From positions 15,111,143-15,175,142 of the forward strand of contig CAVNZM010000003.1 of NCBI GenBank assembly GCA_963693365.1: a stretch of DNA of 64,000 nucleotides, read 5' to 3'. This DNA comes from Amoebidium appalachense (taxonomy: Eukaryota > Protista > Ichthyosporea). Both the position numbers and the translations under genes were made by a program. How positions within the stretch are numbered: the stretch's first letter is position 1; the number at the start of each line of letters is the position of its first letter. This document shows, one piece after another, positions 1 to 27,104 of this stretch. Below the pieces are notes generated by a model. It searched no databases. It saw nothing but the letters and a program-made list of their open reading frames with translations, and was not told the DNA's origin.

Positions 1-18
1 ACCGCACTAAAAGAAAGG

Positions 19-2100
19 TGTAGCTTGTCGTATCCTAATATATGTGTACTAGAGACGCGGCACTCTACTAAGTGTACACACACGAAAAGGAACGAACGTG
101 TACAGAAAAACGGTAAAGTTTATTAAGACCAGGCTCCGACGGGCAAAACTTAGATCCGTACGGATTGAGTCTAAGTTACGACTGAGGCCATCAAGGCCGT
201 GCCCTCAAAGATCATCATCACCTGGCCCCCTACGATGCCACATTCCATTAACATTCCGATCTACTTTTATCGTGCGCCTGCACGAGCTAAGTCGATCTAC
301 TCAACTAATATATTTATCCAAGTCTCACCCCCTCACCCTCCCCCTAGTGGCACCGCAGAGTCTAAATCTACATTTCATACTATCCTCCCCCCCCCCTCCC
401 TCCCCCCCTTTCCTCTATATCTACATATATAAATACGTTTGGCAACATATACTATCAAACCTTGCCAATCCTTACAAAAGGGCTTCTGCCCGAACAATCA
501 CATTCCTAAGTCCTCCTACAATCTATCCTACACACTAATTAGAATTCTATTGGACGGCTGTCCCGGCTGACGTGGTCCAATGCCCTGCGCCGGCAGAGGC
601 AAGATGCACGCAGCTGTTCAGCTATCTTGAGGCCCCGGACTTGATCTTGATGATCTGTGGACCCGGGCCACCCCCCCCCCCCCCCCCCCCCGATCTCGAT
701 CGTAGACTTAGGCTAATCTGCTGAGACGGATTAGTATATGTCACTGACGTTGCCCTGTAGATGCACCTCTGCCCCCGTCCACAACCTGCACCCAAAACCC
801 CATGCCCCTGGCACAATGTTATATCGAGTGGAACATAGCAACAGACATGATAACAGACACCATCCATACAACCACACTCAGCATGCCCCATCCACAAAGA
901 ATTCCTAGCAAAACCTAACATGCCACTGACGAACACCTCCAGACTCATGTGGCGTACACCTCCAGACTCTCTTGCTGGCCATTCCTCTACCCGACAAAGA
1001 CTCCTACTACGTAGGTCCCGGTGGTTTGGGAATGCCTCCGCCCCAACCGTGCCCTACCCAGCGGTGTGTCTAAGGCCTACTGCTGCACTGGGCACCACAA
1101 CACTACTCAACAACACTACGGGCAGCCACTCCAAAGGGCCTCAACACCAGGCCCAGGGCAGCCACTCCAAGGGGCCTCAGCACCAGGCCCTTTGACGACG
1201 GGGGTTCACAACAGTGGGGGCCTGCCACTGCCATGACTACACTTCGACCCCCCCCCCAGCCCCCTCGTCAGAGGGCCGAGCTCCCAGACAGCAGCAGGAC
1301 TTTCTATTCCACTGACCCTAACCGCACACGTCGCCAACACAGGACTCATACACACGTCGAAAACGCCAGGCACCAGTAGAAAACTCGCCGAAAAATAACA
1401 CCACACAATAGTTACTCCCATACAAACAACAACCCAAGAGATCTAGACGGCCTACCCCCTAATAAAACCTTCATACCAGCAACACGGTCACCGACATCCC
1501 TGCCCCCCACGACCGGGCTGTTTACACCACGCGTTGCCCCCGCTCCTTGCAGTTGTCGCAGGTGCACACCTGGGAAAGAGCCTGGCGCCGGCTCTTGCTG
1601 TCCCGCCCAAAGACGCTAGCCTGGCCCATCTGTTATCCCGTTGTGGCCGTGGCTGGTAGGGCTGGCAGTAGCGCCGTGGGGAGGGTGACCGCCGCCGGTC
1701 CCCTCTGAGGCCTCTGCTGGGCAAACGGCCCTGAGCTTGCTAAGTCACCTAGGGAGGTCAAGGTCCTTAGCGAGGACTAAGTCCCCTGTGATACTAGTCC
1801 TACTGCTCATGTTGCCTATGCCAACTGTTGCTAGCTGTAGGTCTGTGTGTGCGTATGTTTCTTCTACCTCTAACCGTCGAAAAAGGCCTAAGACAAAACC
1901 ACTCATAACCGCTAGGCGTGAAAAAAAAAAACTAGGGGTGAAAGCAACAGCCCAGAAGGACTAACAGTGCGTGTGCCCCCTCCCTGCAACAAACTGCAGA
2001 GAAAGGGGGTGTAGCTTGTCGTACCTACAAACAGAGTGTATACAAACTACTCTATCTGCACGCTTAAAGGGGCTCGAAACTGTGTATACGTATAAACTTT
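19..2100 (+). mobile_element. Degenerate LTR-retroelement-like remnant (two related LTR-like starts)
   Basis: TGTAGCTTGTCGTA occurs at 19 and 2010, each directly preceded by a purine tract (AAAAGAAAGG; AGAGAAAGGGGG), like PPT + TG LTR starts. The intervening DNA lacks the long microsatellites seen elsewhere, but no intact pol motif is recognisable. Confidence 0.35.
1121..1190. repeat. 36-bp tandem duplication
   Basis: GGGCAGCCACTCCAA(A/G)GGGCCTCA(A/G)CACCAGGCCC twice in tandem. Confidence 0.85.
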
Positions 2101-2880
2101 TCTTTGAGTTGGGTGGGAAGCGAGTTTTTTCGTGTTCTTAGAAGAACTTCGAAAAGCCCGCGACCCCGCGAGACACTTCACAGACACGCGGCCCACTGGC
2201 CAGACAAATACCACAGTGACATTCAGCCAATCACAACACTCCCTCCCCCCACAGGCTACACGCACTCCACACCATTGGCTACCGCCATCTCAGACACCCC
2301 TACAGCACTACAACACGTACACACCTTACTCACAATACATATAAGCATACACACACGCGAGCAGGCAACATGGGTCTCGCCAAGCACACAGCAAGAAGCA
2401 ATACAACATTTAACATGGAGAGTACGCAGAGGCGTGGAGCATGCACGCGCGCAGCTTTAACAATCAGCCGCCGCCGCATCAGGTTCTTCCCATACCACTG
2501 ATTAATCTCCTCATACCCCACTTAGACCCCGGCATCACTATGCAAGAAAACCCCCGAAATTCACTCACCAAAACACAAAATATAGAAGCAAACTAATACG
2601 AATCAGCTCAGCACATGACAGTGTGCGCGCGTGCGTGTGCACAACAGTCGCGTGTTTGTGAGACTCACCGAGCACTGTACACATGTGTTTGTGCGTGTGT
2701 GTGTGTGCACGTGAGGTGGTGTACGTGTGAGGAGACTGTGTGTGTGTGTGTATGATTGTGTACGACTGTATGTCGTGTGTGTGTTTGTGTGTCGCCGAAC
2801 CTAGTCATAACCAGAACTCTTGCTTTTTTTCTCCCCTTACAGGAAATTTGGTTTCCACTCTCATTTTTAGAACAAGCGCA

Positions 2881-2960
2881 CTATGCACACACTGTTTCTG
2901 CCATTTTATCCTGCTCGGATTTGTCCAAGCCCAAGCGGCCTCTCCACAACCTTCCAACAA

Positions 2961-3049
<89 letters not shown>

Positions 3050-3079
3050 TGCGTGTGACACTGTGTGTGCGTGTGTATG

Positions 3080-3125
<46 letters not shown>

Positions 3126-3143
3126 CGTGTGACACTGTGTGTA

Positions 3144-3202
<59 letters not shown>

Positions 3203-3865
3203 GCGTGCGTGTGCATGTACTATTGTGTGAGTGTCTACACACGCATAATGTATCTTTCACAAGACAAACTTTTTATCGTGAATTCAGCTTACGTACCTAT
3301 GAAAACCTATGACCCTATAGTGACATTTCAATTCGTATCCCTTTTGGGTGGTAGAGACGAGGAAACACAGCCCGTTTCTTAAGAATAAGTGTGTTTTTCT
3401 GGTTAAGAACCGTTAAAATCAGGAGCCGACCAGTTTCAACTCTGGATAAACTACTAATCACCAAATCAATATGGGCTTGAGTTGCATTTTAAAAAATGTA
3501 ATGCATATACACCACGGGGTGTTAAATTTTGTATTTAATTTCGATCGTGTTAAAAGAGAATGTCTTCTTCTGGAGGTCACATATTGGTGTATGCATGTGC
3601 ATCTTGAGTGTGTGAGCACGTGGGTATAGGTGGGTCGGTGAGGAAATGGAGGAATAAAAATCGGAAGGGCGGGGGCGGAAGGGAGGGGGGGGGGGGGGGG
3701 GGGGGGAGACAGATGTCGAAGGGACACGTACCGAGTGATTCATGATGTGCTGGGTGACTATCTGTGGTACGTCATTTGGTGTGACATAGCCATACCAATC
3801 TCCAGTCCAGTGAGGGTCGGTGGGTGCTCGTGTGAAGACTAGAACATTGCCTGCATACTTGTGGC
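2881..3865 (-). CDS. Sucrase/ferredoxin-like (Aim32/Apd1, thioredoxin-like [2Fe-2S]) protein, C-terminal exons only; possibly a pseudogene
   Basis: Exon 3865-3732 (AG..GT) gives (G)[44 protein letters not shown]. Exon 2961-2881 gives [26 protein letters not shown]. These match the family motifs GHKYAGN, WYGxVxP and LWRG. The second acceptor reads CG, not AG. N-terminal Cys-containing exons were not found. Confidence 0.75.
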
Positions 3866-4097
3866 CTGCACGTGTATGGTATGTGTGTGTGTGTGTGTGT
3901 GTGGGGTGTGTGTGTGGGGGGGGGGGGGGGGGGGGGGGGGGTTATGTTTGTATGCGTGTGGGTCAGTGTGTGTTCCCGTGTTTGTGAAAATGAGCAAAGC
4001 ACATTGCTAATGCTGTACACCCTCCCTTGAGCACACATGCGCGACCATCACCATGGTTGAACGTCGTACATAGAATGCAAGTGGTGTCCCCCCCTCC

Positions 4098-4128
<31 letters not shown>

Positions 4129-4876
4129 AAAAAAAAAAAGAAGAAAGAAAAAGAAAAGAAAAGAAAAGAAAAGAAGCCAAAACTTGTAGAAGGTCTTTGT
4201 TCCCTTTGAAATAAAAGAAAGAAGAAAAGTGATGAATATGGGTAGAAAATGGTGATGTCGTGGTGGTGGATGGAGGTGCGGGTGTATGGGAAGTGCCTCC
4301 CCCCTCCCCCCCTCTAGTTTCTTCTCTTCTCTCTCCCCACTCCCTCTCCCTCCCTCCCTCCCTCCCTCCCTCCCTCTCTCTCTCTCTCCCCTTCTTCTTC
4401 TTTTTTTTTTTTTTGGGGGGGGGGGGGAGAGGGAGGGGGGTGGGGGGGGGGGGGGCTCACGCGTGTCGTAACACGGGGAGGAGGGAAGGGGAGGGGGGAG
4501 GGTGTGTGTGGGCGGGAGCCATAATATAGTGCCGAAATAAAAACGAAAACTATAAATTGAGAAACACCGTGCACGACCCAGGACACGATGATTGTAGAAG
4601 CAAGTGTCTAAATATGCAACATAAGCAGCACGTTGTATAAGACAATAGCGGGAAGGGCAGGGCAGGGGAAGGGGGGGTAGGAGGGTAGAATGTGTTACAA
4701 GGTATGAAGTGTATACTCATGACGGAAGACACGATGCAGATGTGAAAAAAACAGCACACACCAAAGAATGTGCATCACAATTCAAACCCATGTTCTCAAG
4801 TAGGGGCCCTAGTCATCCCAGGGGCAGCAGGGAAGGGGGACGTTGCGGTGTGCAGGTGTGTGGGCAGGGGGGGGGG

Positions 4877-4932
<56 letters not shown>

Positions 4933-5044
4933 ATGTGTGCGTATGTGCGTGTGTATGTGTGTGCCACACATGTGTGTGTGTGTCTTTGCCTTGAGTAAAC
5001 AGCGTAAACACCGTGCGCGCGCGCGCGCGCGCGCGCGCGCGCGC

Positions 5045-5139
<95 letters not shown>

Positions 5140-6359
5140 ACAGTGTGTGTGTGTGTGTGATTGCGGGCGTGCACGCGCGCGCGCGTGTGTGTGTGGGTTG
5201 GTGGGTATGATATTTTTTAGGTGAATGTGTGTGTGTGTGTCTTGCCGACATTATTACCTCTGAAATTTTGGCCATTGTGGTGTGCAGCTTGTTTCAGGTT
5301 AAGCGTACTATATTTCATGGCACCAACATCATGGATGTTGCAGAAGCTCTCAAACAGGCTGTAGATGTACCTCTTCACGACGCGCACATAATTAATATTG
5401 GTATCATGCATGCTCACCCATGATAGATGGTGCTCAGAAAGCAGGTACCTCAAGTGCACAGTGCAAAAAGCTAAGCGCTCACACAAGAGAATAAATATGG
5501 CCATTGCATTGGCTACTTGGGAAACAGGTAATCAATTTAAGGTGGGTTGAGGAAAAAAGCTGAAGAAGATTGCGCGCCGATGTGCTAATGTCCTTTTAGT
5601 TCGCTGGCCCGGGGACACTGCGCCGAAGGGGTGAAAGTGTGCGTGACCCCACTGCGCCGGCGACCGCTGTCTGAGGCTTGCGTGTGCGGGATCACATGAT
5701 CATCTGTCTTGCAATCTATTTGATCTATTCATTCTATTGCTGAATCCGAGCCAATCGAACTGCAGAATATTTCAGGGGTTGTAGGGTTTTGGCTCCGCTA
5801 CCAGTTTTACCTGAAGCGCAATCGTATTGTCAGAATTGCTAAATTCGTATTGGCGGGATTCATCTCATTTAATTTTACGACTCTTATAGACCCATATATT
5901 AATAAATTTGAAGACCCATTTCAATTTACACTCCCTTCGCAATTACACACCCCGATAGACAAAACAGGGCTTCATATTCTGCTCTGAAGTGCCAAAATAG
6001 TCATCTGACCACCTTTTACCTGGAAACCCACCCATTTTTGTACGAAAACACACCAAAATTCACTATTGTGGTCTATTTCATTTCTACGAAAACCAATACA
6101 GCACCTCACAGCGTTACTCGGCCCCCTGGGCTTAATCGTAAATACGCCGTGACGATTTTGGGTCGTAATTCAACACCTTAAATATTTCTGAGAAACAACA
6201 GCCAATGATATTGCGCGAATCAAAACCCAGCATAAGGTTTTATCTTGGATCTGTATTCTGACAAAACATCACACCAGTCAAAATACACAACTTTTATTCA
6301 ACCGCCATCATCGGACTGGAGTTGATATATGTCTGATATCCCTCGCTTCCTCGAGTGAG

Positions 6360-6401
<42 letters not shown>

Positions 6402-6471
6402 CTCTCTCTCTCGTAGCAAAGCCTTATTTATAAACTTCCTGTTAACTTCTCTCTCTATCTCTCTCGCTCCG

Positions 6472-7200
<729 letters not shown>

Positions 7201-7751
7201 CCTCACCCACCCACGCACACACACACACACTCTCTCTCAGAGTCTACCCTATCTGTCTTAATAGTGTCTCTCTCTGGATCTAGATTTCTCCCTCTCTAGA
7301 TCTTACCCCACCCCCCCATTTCTCTCTGTACCCGTACACTGTGACAGTGTGTCACTGGGCCGTGTGCATGTGCGGGCCACCCTTCATCAGGCTGGCCTGG
7401 TACCAATGTATGTGAACATGTGGACACCTGTGCATTTATGCTGTGCCGTGAATAATTTTTTCTGATTCGATAATATAAGCATCTCCTTGGCTTTGCCTCG
7501 AGTAAACAGCGTAAACCCCCTGCTGTTTATGTCATGTCTCCAATAAATTTATGCAATGGTTTTGCCGTCTTTGCACCAATTATAGTACATGTATCCCCCC
7601 CCCCCCCCCCCCCCCCCATGGGGACAGGGTCCCCCCCACACCCCCCGACCCACACATTTCAAATTCGAAATCAACAAGCGCCCCCGCGGCCCCTTCCCCA
7701 CACATCCACACATCCCCACACACCGAACCACACCTCATCGTTCGACTCACA

Positions 7752-7815
<64 letters not shown>

Positions 7816-8331
7816 GCCTTTATTGGTTGCAACACACTCACTCACAAAAGACCAAAAAAACATACAGGTGACCAGCTGAGAAGGAGATAATTCAAGTCCC
7901 ACTATCGGTTTATTTCATGGTATTATCCTGAAACCACCGTTTTATCATTCGTATGTGGTTGTGTCGGGTGAATACATCGGCTGTTAATTGGCTCCAGACC
8001 AGTAAAAGTGCGTGAAGTAAAACCGTTTTCAGCTTCTGCAGACGTGCAGCAAACTGGAATTTGAAATCATATATTCGTAAAAATGTGTCGTAGAAACTGA
8101 ATACACACACACACAGTCGCACTCTTTCGTTGCAATTTCACATTTGCCGCACAAATTTTGTTAACTGTCAGAGCAGCACTCACACACATGTTAACTACAC
8201 ACACACACACACACACAAAAAGGAGGGAGAAAGAAGGAGGAGAGAAAAAGAAAACAGAAAAAAGGCGCACACAACAACAACCTACATACACACAGCTACA
8301 TGCACGTCCAAACTTCGATTTTCCCAGTTAT

Positions 8332-12813
<4,482 letters not shown>

Positions 12814-13274
12814 TTTTGCGTTTGGGCTGGAGGCGGAACAGAGAGAGACTCAGCAAGCAGACAACGCGAATTCAATCCTAAATCCTAATGAGCTTAAAAA
12901 AAAAAGAACGTATGCCTATGTTTTTATTTAGGTGGTTGTATCTCATGTGGCGCGAGCTTTTATGATTCCAAAAAAAATTCGGCGCAGGCCGTGGCAACCA
13001 ATAGAAGCACGGCACGTAACCCAGCAGTAAAGCGTAACCGTGAGATCCAATACATAATCGGATTCCAGAGAGCAGTCGATTGTCCGAATTCGAATTATGG
13101 TAGATAATAATGTACTGCAATCACTGACTGCACGCAGGAATAAGGACACACATCTGTTTTTCGTGTCGTGTGTGTCTGGTTCACATGTGTATTCGTGCGC
13201 GTGTGTGAATTATGCGTGGGCGAGTGGTTGCAAGCGAGTGAGTGAGTAAGCGTGTTTGTGTGTGTGTGTGTTTG

Positions 13275-13330
13275 TGTGTGCGTGCGTGCGTGCGTGCGTG
13301 CGTGCGGTCGTGCGTGCGTGCGTGCGGTCG

Positions 13331-13394
<64 letters not shown>

Positions 13395-13420
13395 TGTGTG
13401 CGTGCGTGCGTGCGTGGTCG
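13275..13420. repeat. (GCGT)n tetranucleotide microsatellite
   Basis: Long run of gtgc/gcgt units with occasional gtc variants. Confidence 0.9.
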
Positions 13421-13510
13421 TGTGCTTACGTGTACGTGTACGTCCATGGCATATGTGTGTGAGTGCACGTGTGCGTGCGTGAGTGTGTCACATCGTGAGA
13501 GAGAGAGAGA

Positions 13511-13543
<33 letters not shown>

Positions 13544-14317
13544 CGTGTGTGTGTATGAAACTGTGTGTGCGCGTGTGGTGTGTGTGTGTGCGTGTCGGTG
13601 TGTGTTTGTGGGTGTGTGTAGTTGTGTGTGCGCGTGCGCGCAGCGGCAAACCTGTATTTTGTGTGTGTGTGTGTGTGTGTGTGGTGGTGGTGGTGGTGTG
13701 TGCCGTGCGTGTATCTGCATGTGTGGAGGGGGGGGGGGGGGGGGGGGAGAGGGGGGTGTTATGTTATATGTGTGTATGTGGTCCTCGGTGGGTTCTCTGT
13801 TGTGGTCTGTGTGCTATGTGCTCTTAATAGAGTCTCGGGTTATGTCTCCACCTGTGACCCAACTTTAATGCAAGACCTCATGTGTGCCTGTGTCCAAATG
13901 ATCTCAACTGACAACGGAGACCCGCTCAGGAGTGACGGTCATACATGCACTCTGGGATCAGGGCTCAGCTAGGCTATCCATATATGGTAACCCTAAACAT
14001 TACATCCATATCATTGGTTCATAGGGTAGGGATTCTCAACCGCGTGTGCTTCAGTCACACCACGGGGGGGGGGGGGGGGGGGCAAACCCGGATTCCAGAT
14101 AAGAACGAGAGATGCCATCATTCGGAATGCCATAAGGAGTACTGAATTGAAACCACGTCGAACGTAAACACAGGGACATGGCGAAATATGAACCCTCTTC
14201 AGTGTTCCCAGCCACTCAATACCCGACCCCCGGCGAAATTAATATATCAGGGTATACATACAAACGAATACCATAGCTCACTGAACCACAAAAAATGATT
14301 AAGTGGACCCCCCCCCC

Positions 14318-14354
<37 letters not shown>

Positions 14355-14832
14355 AGGGATCGAGTGGGGAGATTCATTTGGTGATTCCAGGCACCCTCTA
14401 AAGTTTGGCGTTGTTATGTATTGATCAATTGTGCTGCTCAATTAACGTCTGCTTTATTTTTAACATTCATTGTTGTGTTAACTTTGCCTACTTTGCAAAA
14501 AGAAAAAAAAAAGAAAAAAAGGGTTTGATAAAACAACGAAAAAAAGTAGGAATATTTCTCAATTTCAAAAAAAAATGTATGGACCAATTACTTGCGCGTG
14601 TTCGCACCAATCACTTAAAAACAGATATTTTGGCGGGCAGTTTTGGCGCGCAAAAAACCGTTTTTCAAGTAGTAAAGCAACTAATTGCTCTGATATGCAA
14701 TCATTACGCCGACATTTTGTTAACATTTGGTTGTGGTATTTGCAACTATAACTGTAGCGGCTTAGCTGCAGCTGGGAGCAATATCTTCATCTCTGATTCG
14801 GGTGGGCGACGGCTCTCGTGCTGACAGTCACG

Positions 14833-14867
<35 letters not shown>

Positions 14868-14938
14868 CGTGTGCGCGTGCGCCCGTGTGCCCGTGCGTGC
14901 GTGTGCGTGTGCGTGCGTGCGCGCATGCGTGTGCGTGT

Positions 14939-14985
<47 letters not shown>

Positions 14986-15021
14986 CGCGCATGCGTGTGC
15001 GTGTGCGTGTGCGTGTGTGTA

Positions 15022-15113
<92 letters not shown>

Positions 15114-15261
15114 TGTGTGTGCGTGCACACACATGCACTCCCCAGGTACACAAACGCATGCGCGCACACGCCGTGACATGCACACACACATGCCTGCACT
15201 CCCGGATGCACGCATGCACACACGCATGCACGTGCGCGTGCGCACACACACACATACTGTG

Positions 15262-15321
<60 letters not shown>

Positions 15322-17675
15322 TACACATACAGAAAGACCAAGCAGAAATAAAGGAGGGTGGTGGTAGGTAGGTAGGTGTTGCAAAGTGATTTTTTTTTTT
15401 GAAGTTGTGTGTGTGTTTGTCTGTGGGGAGGGGGGTGGGGTTAGAGATAGATTAATTTCCGAAAAATCCCTGGTGGCCAGGTAGGATTGGGTAGAGGGGA
15501 GAAGGGCTAAAACAAAAACCACACGTGTTTTTTGCAGGGGGGAGGGGGAGGGGGGGGGGGGGGGGCTTGTTCGAAAGGGTATAGACTGGGTGGGGGAGGG
15601 GGAGGTGTGTGTGTGTGTGTGTGCAGGAGGGGACGACGGGGGGAGGGGGGCGGGGGATATAATAGAAAGAAATTTGCTAAGGAAGAAGGTAGGATGGAGG
15701 TTTTCCAATAATGGGGTGGATGAAACCTTTGATTTGAATCGTCTGAGGAGACGGGGGGACGGGTGGGGGGGGGGGGGGGGGAGGAGGGTGGGGGTTTGGG
15801 AAGGGTTAAAGGGGGGGGGGGGGGGGGGGGAGGGGGGGGCTGCTGCTTTTACGAGCCTCAAGCATTGCCGAAGTTTCCAAATTTATCTACTACTATTAAA
15901 ACAATCAAAAATCTGCATGGTGGAGAAGTGTGTCGCTCACTAGCGAGGCTGGCACGCGGTTGGGTTACGTGTGTACTAGCTAGGTTAGGATTGGTAAAGA
16001 TGTGTAACGGTTAGCCTAGCTAACTGCACCACGCATATGTTTTGCAACCTAGGCACCGGGTACAGTCAATTTTGGTAATTGGAAGACGGTAGTTCCCATG
16101 CATAAAACGGGCACCTACCTCCTCCCCCCCCCCCCCCCCCTCCCCCTCCCCCCAGGAAATAAAGCGCTGGGATAATGGGAAAAAAAAAAAAAAAGTTTTG
16201 GCAATGTGCGTGTGTGTGTGCTGTGTGTGGTAGTGTGCGTGCGTGTGTGCGTGCGTGTTTATGTGTGTGCGTGTGTTTGTGTGTGTGTTACAGTACCTGT
16301 GCGCTCGAGCGTTCGTGTGCATGAATGCCTGCGTGCTGCGTGTACGTGTGGGTGTGCGTGCTTGTGCGTGAATGTACATGTGAATATTGCATTCGTGCAT
16401 GCGCACCTGTTGTATCGGTGTGGAGTGTGGCGTGCGTGTTTTAGTTTCTGTGCATCTGCATGCACGGGATGTGTACATGCATACACGTGTGTTTTTGATG
16501 TGTTTTCGGCATTTAGAGTCCTGCATATTTATATAAACCAAGGCCAGATAATTAAGCCGTTGGCCCCGTGTATTAGAAGTTTTAGATTATATGAGGGAGT
16601 TTCGACTGGTACCATGGTTCAACTTGTAATAATGTTTGGATACATATTGTTTTTTTTGCCCCACGGCCGACGGGGTGAGCTAATAAACGCGAGCACGCTC
16701 ACCGTGATATAAATAGTTTTTTTACGTTCTGTGGCAAATGCCCCCCTCCCCCCTCTCCCCCCCCCCCCCCCCACACACACACACACATCCTCTTTTCGTT
16801 TCGTTTGCTAAAATCTCCAGCCTCTACAAGTTTTACTTTCTCTCTCTCCTTAAAAAACTCCCCCCCCCCCCCCCCCCCCCCCCCCCGGCTTCCCCCCCCT
16901 CTCCCTCTCAATGTTTCCTCTCCTTGAATTTTCCGTCACGATACAGTTGTGGGTTGTCTCAATTTGGGAAATCATCTTAAAGAAGAATTTCAATACTCTG
17001 AGACATTTTAAACCATTATCTTCTTTGGCCATGGAACACAGAAGTCTGTCTGTTCCTTCGAATTCCGTTCCCCTTGTTCTTCCAGTCGAAACTCTAGACT
17101 AAGTGTTTTAAGTGAGTGCTTCTCCCTTCCCTTCCCCCCCCCCCCTCTCCCCCCCCCTACACACACACACGCACACATCTTTTCTTCCTCGTTAGATTTC
17201 TTTTTTTCTTTCGTTTGTTCTTTCGAATCTATCTCTCCTTCTTTCTCACAGTTTCTTTTTTTCTTGTCTTCCTTTTTTGTTTCGCTCGTCATAGCACAGC
17301 TATCTGAATGATTTCCGAGTGCGTAAGTGTCCTTTTTCTTTTTCGTTAATATGTACATATATGAAATATGAGTCGTGTTTACACGAAATTTCAGGATTTT
17401 TTCCTCTTCCGAGAGGAGTTTTCTCTTCTACGGTCCCACGTGCACATTCTCTCTCTCAATTTCGTCTCGGAGGTGCACACTCAACCTCGACCCTCCAACA
17501 GACCCCCCTGTGGACACCCCCCCATCCCCCCCCCTCCTCTTCCCCCCCCCCCTCCCCCCTCCCCCCCCTCCCTTCCCCCCTCTCCCCCCCCCCCCCCAAA
17601 AAAAAAAAAAAAAAAAAATCCCTTTACGCTGTGCTTTGGTCTCTATCCCCGACCCCACCTCCCACCCTCCCACCC

Positions 17676-17712
<37 letters not shown>

Positions 17713-18552
17713 ATCACCACTCGTTGCCCTCCCCCCCCCCCCTTCCGCCTCCCCTCCTCCCCCCTCCCCCTCCCCCAAAACCACCACCACTCTGGGGCCC
17801 CTCCGTCCTCCCTTCCGACGCTTCCAACCTCTGCAGCCCTGTACCCCCCCTCCCCTTACCCCTCCCCCCATCCCCCCCACCCCTTCTCCTCCCCGTCTCC
17901 CCCAAGCCTTTTGTTTCCGCCCCCCTAGGCCTACAAGTATATTCAGGTGTGTAATCTTATACGTGGAGAAACGTTACCCTTCCGAACGGTTCAGATACGT
18001 ATCGCTCCGAACGGTGTACATGTGGCCACAAGTGCAGAAGAAAAATTAAATAATTCTAAACCGCTTGTACTCATTCTCGTTTTTCCTTCTCTTTTCCCTC
18101 ATTTTTCCCTCTTCAATTTGCTTTTTTTTTGTTTGTTTTTTTTCTTTTCTTTTTTGGCCCCCACCAGTACTCCGCCGGTGCCGATATCATGATCGAACGC
18201 GACCGAAATGCAATTTTGGGGGGTTTTTGAGCATTTTCCGATAAAAGAAAGGGGATTTAAAGGATGCAATGCAAATCTGCATCTTACAATTGGCATAAGG
18301 CTCTATCCCTATGACGCAACTCTCATCAGTCAGTCAACACACATGCGAACAACAGAAATCGAACAGCTAGGCTGAGCGTGGTATATAGGACAACGTATTA
18401 TTAAGTTATCTTTAGAAGAAACACACTCATCACTCTGTAGTTTCACACGATCTTGCTTGCACTCTCGCACATGGGATGCTTCTGACGTGTCAAGTTGATA
18501 GGAAACTCACCTTTTGAAGTTGGGTCGGGGTGTGTTAATCTTTGGAGTTAAG

Positions 18553-18589
<37 letters not shown>

Positions 18590-18623
18590 CCCGAGTTAGC
18601 CCTCGTGGGCGAGTAACGGCAAG

Positions 18624-25520
<6,897 letters not shown>

Positions 25521-25531
<11 letters not shown>

Positions 25532-25830
25532 GGGTTTATGTCGAAATAATAGGGGCTTATCTCGAAATTCCGAATTGTATCGAAATAGTTGTGTTGACTT
25601 ACCGGTTTCTGTCGAAATACCCGCCTGTGACGAGAACATTTTGATATAACTGTTTGCGTGGGAGTGATTACGTTGAAATCTCGGTTAATGCATCGAAATA
25701 GTTCAGTTGAACAATCAGTTGTGTGGGGAAAAACAGTTTGTGTGCAAGTAGTGGTTTTGTCAAATATGGCGGAATATTTCGAAAATTGATTTGTGTCGCA
25801 ATATAGGGGTTGGTGATGAAATAGTCGTTA
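25521..25830 (+). repeat. Degenerate CGAAAT(AG)-based tandem repeat overlapping the CWC25 stop codon and 3'UTR
   Basis: Recurrent CGAAATA/CGAAAT units, about 21-bp spacing at first; the TAG stop lies inside the first unit. Confidence 0.6.
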
Positions 25831-26528
25831 TGTTGTTACTGTAGTAATGTTCCTTGTGTGTAGCACACAGAGATTTCGATTCAATTTTTTTTTTTTTGGG
25901 GGGGGGGGGGGAGGGGTTCCATGTGTTGTTTTGGGTGGGCCTGTGGGGCTTTTCTACGATGCCGAAGGGTTCTGGTATTTATGTGGAGGCAGATTTCTTA
26001 TGTTTTTGTTTTCAGAACCATGCCCAAGACAAATGTGTTTAACCTTGATACTGGTACACGTCCGCGCAAGTTATATGATGGATATGACGTCATTGACATG
26101 TTGTGATTGGTCAATAATCATGATCTTGCTGAAGTGTGTCACAGTTTTACCCACGCCATTTCCGCACGAGTCTGTGAGGTCTTACATACAACATTAGCTC
26201 TTACTATTTACATAGTTTGCAATATACATACCGTTATGTTGCTGCATGCACATACATTCAATTTGCATGTAGAGAAACAGCATACCATTCGGAGCAGGTT
26301 TCCGAATCTTCCCGAAAAGAAGCATGAGAAGGATTGGTTTACCATCCCAGTCCGTGCAAAATGTCCTGCCCCCCCTCCCTCGTCGAGCTCCCCCCCCTTC
26401 TCCCCCCCCCCCCCTCCCCCCCCCCCCCCACCCTCTCTCCCCTCTCCCCATGGCCACCACTGTGACACACACACGTCACACAGCCACACCCTGCGACATA
26501 CGCGCACGCAGCCCCTCGCTCCCGGCCC

Positions 26529-26572
<44 letters not shown>

Positions 26573-27034
26573 ACTGCCCCCTTTCTCACTTCTCATTCTC
26601 CCATCCACCCTACTCTTCTACGACCCCACTCTTTTTGTTTGCGCCGCTTATGTACATGCACACAGAGCCACAGGTCCAGACAGACAGACACAGGCCGTGG
26701 GACTCGTGCTAATTATAAAAAAGAGTTCGCCCGCATGTGGAAGTCACGCGCGCATACACATGCACACATGTAGGCATCTACACCGGTGGGGGACACAAAC
26801 ACACATATGCACACACGCATGGGTACACTGCACACACACTGGCATTTGCGCGCACACACCTAAAAACAAACACGTACACACACACGCACACACACAGAGA
26901 GAAAGAGAGCCGGGGGGGGGGGGGGGGGGGGAAGGGGCGGAGGGAGGGATACACCAACACACCGACACTAAGACACATACACATACATGCACACAGAATC
27001 ACACTTGAGCACACCCCACACCTACACACACCGT

Positions 27035-27104
<70 letters not shown>

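Noticed and set aside
5217-5504. Complex-sequence ORFs on both strands
   Set aside because: No recognisable motif or consistent splice phase linking them to the neighbouring genes.
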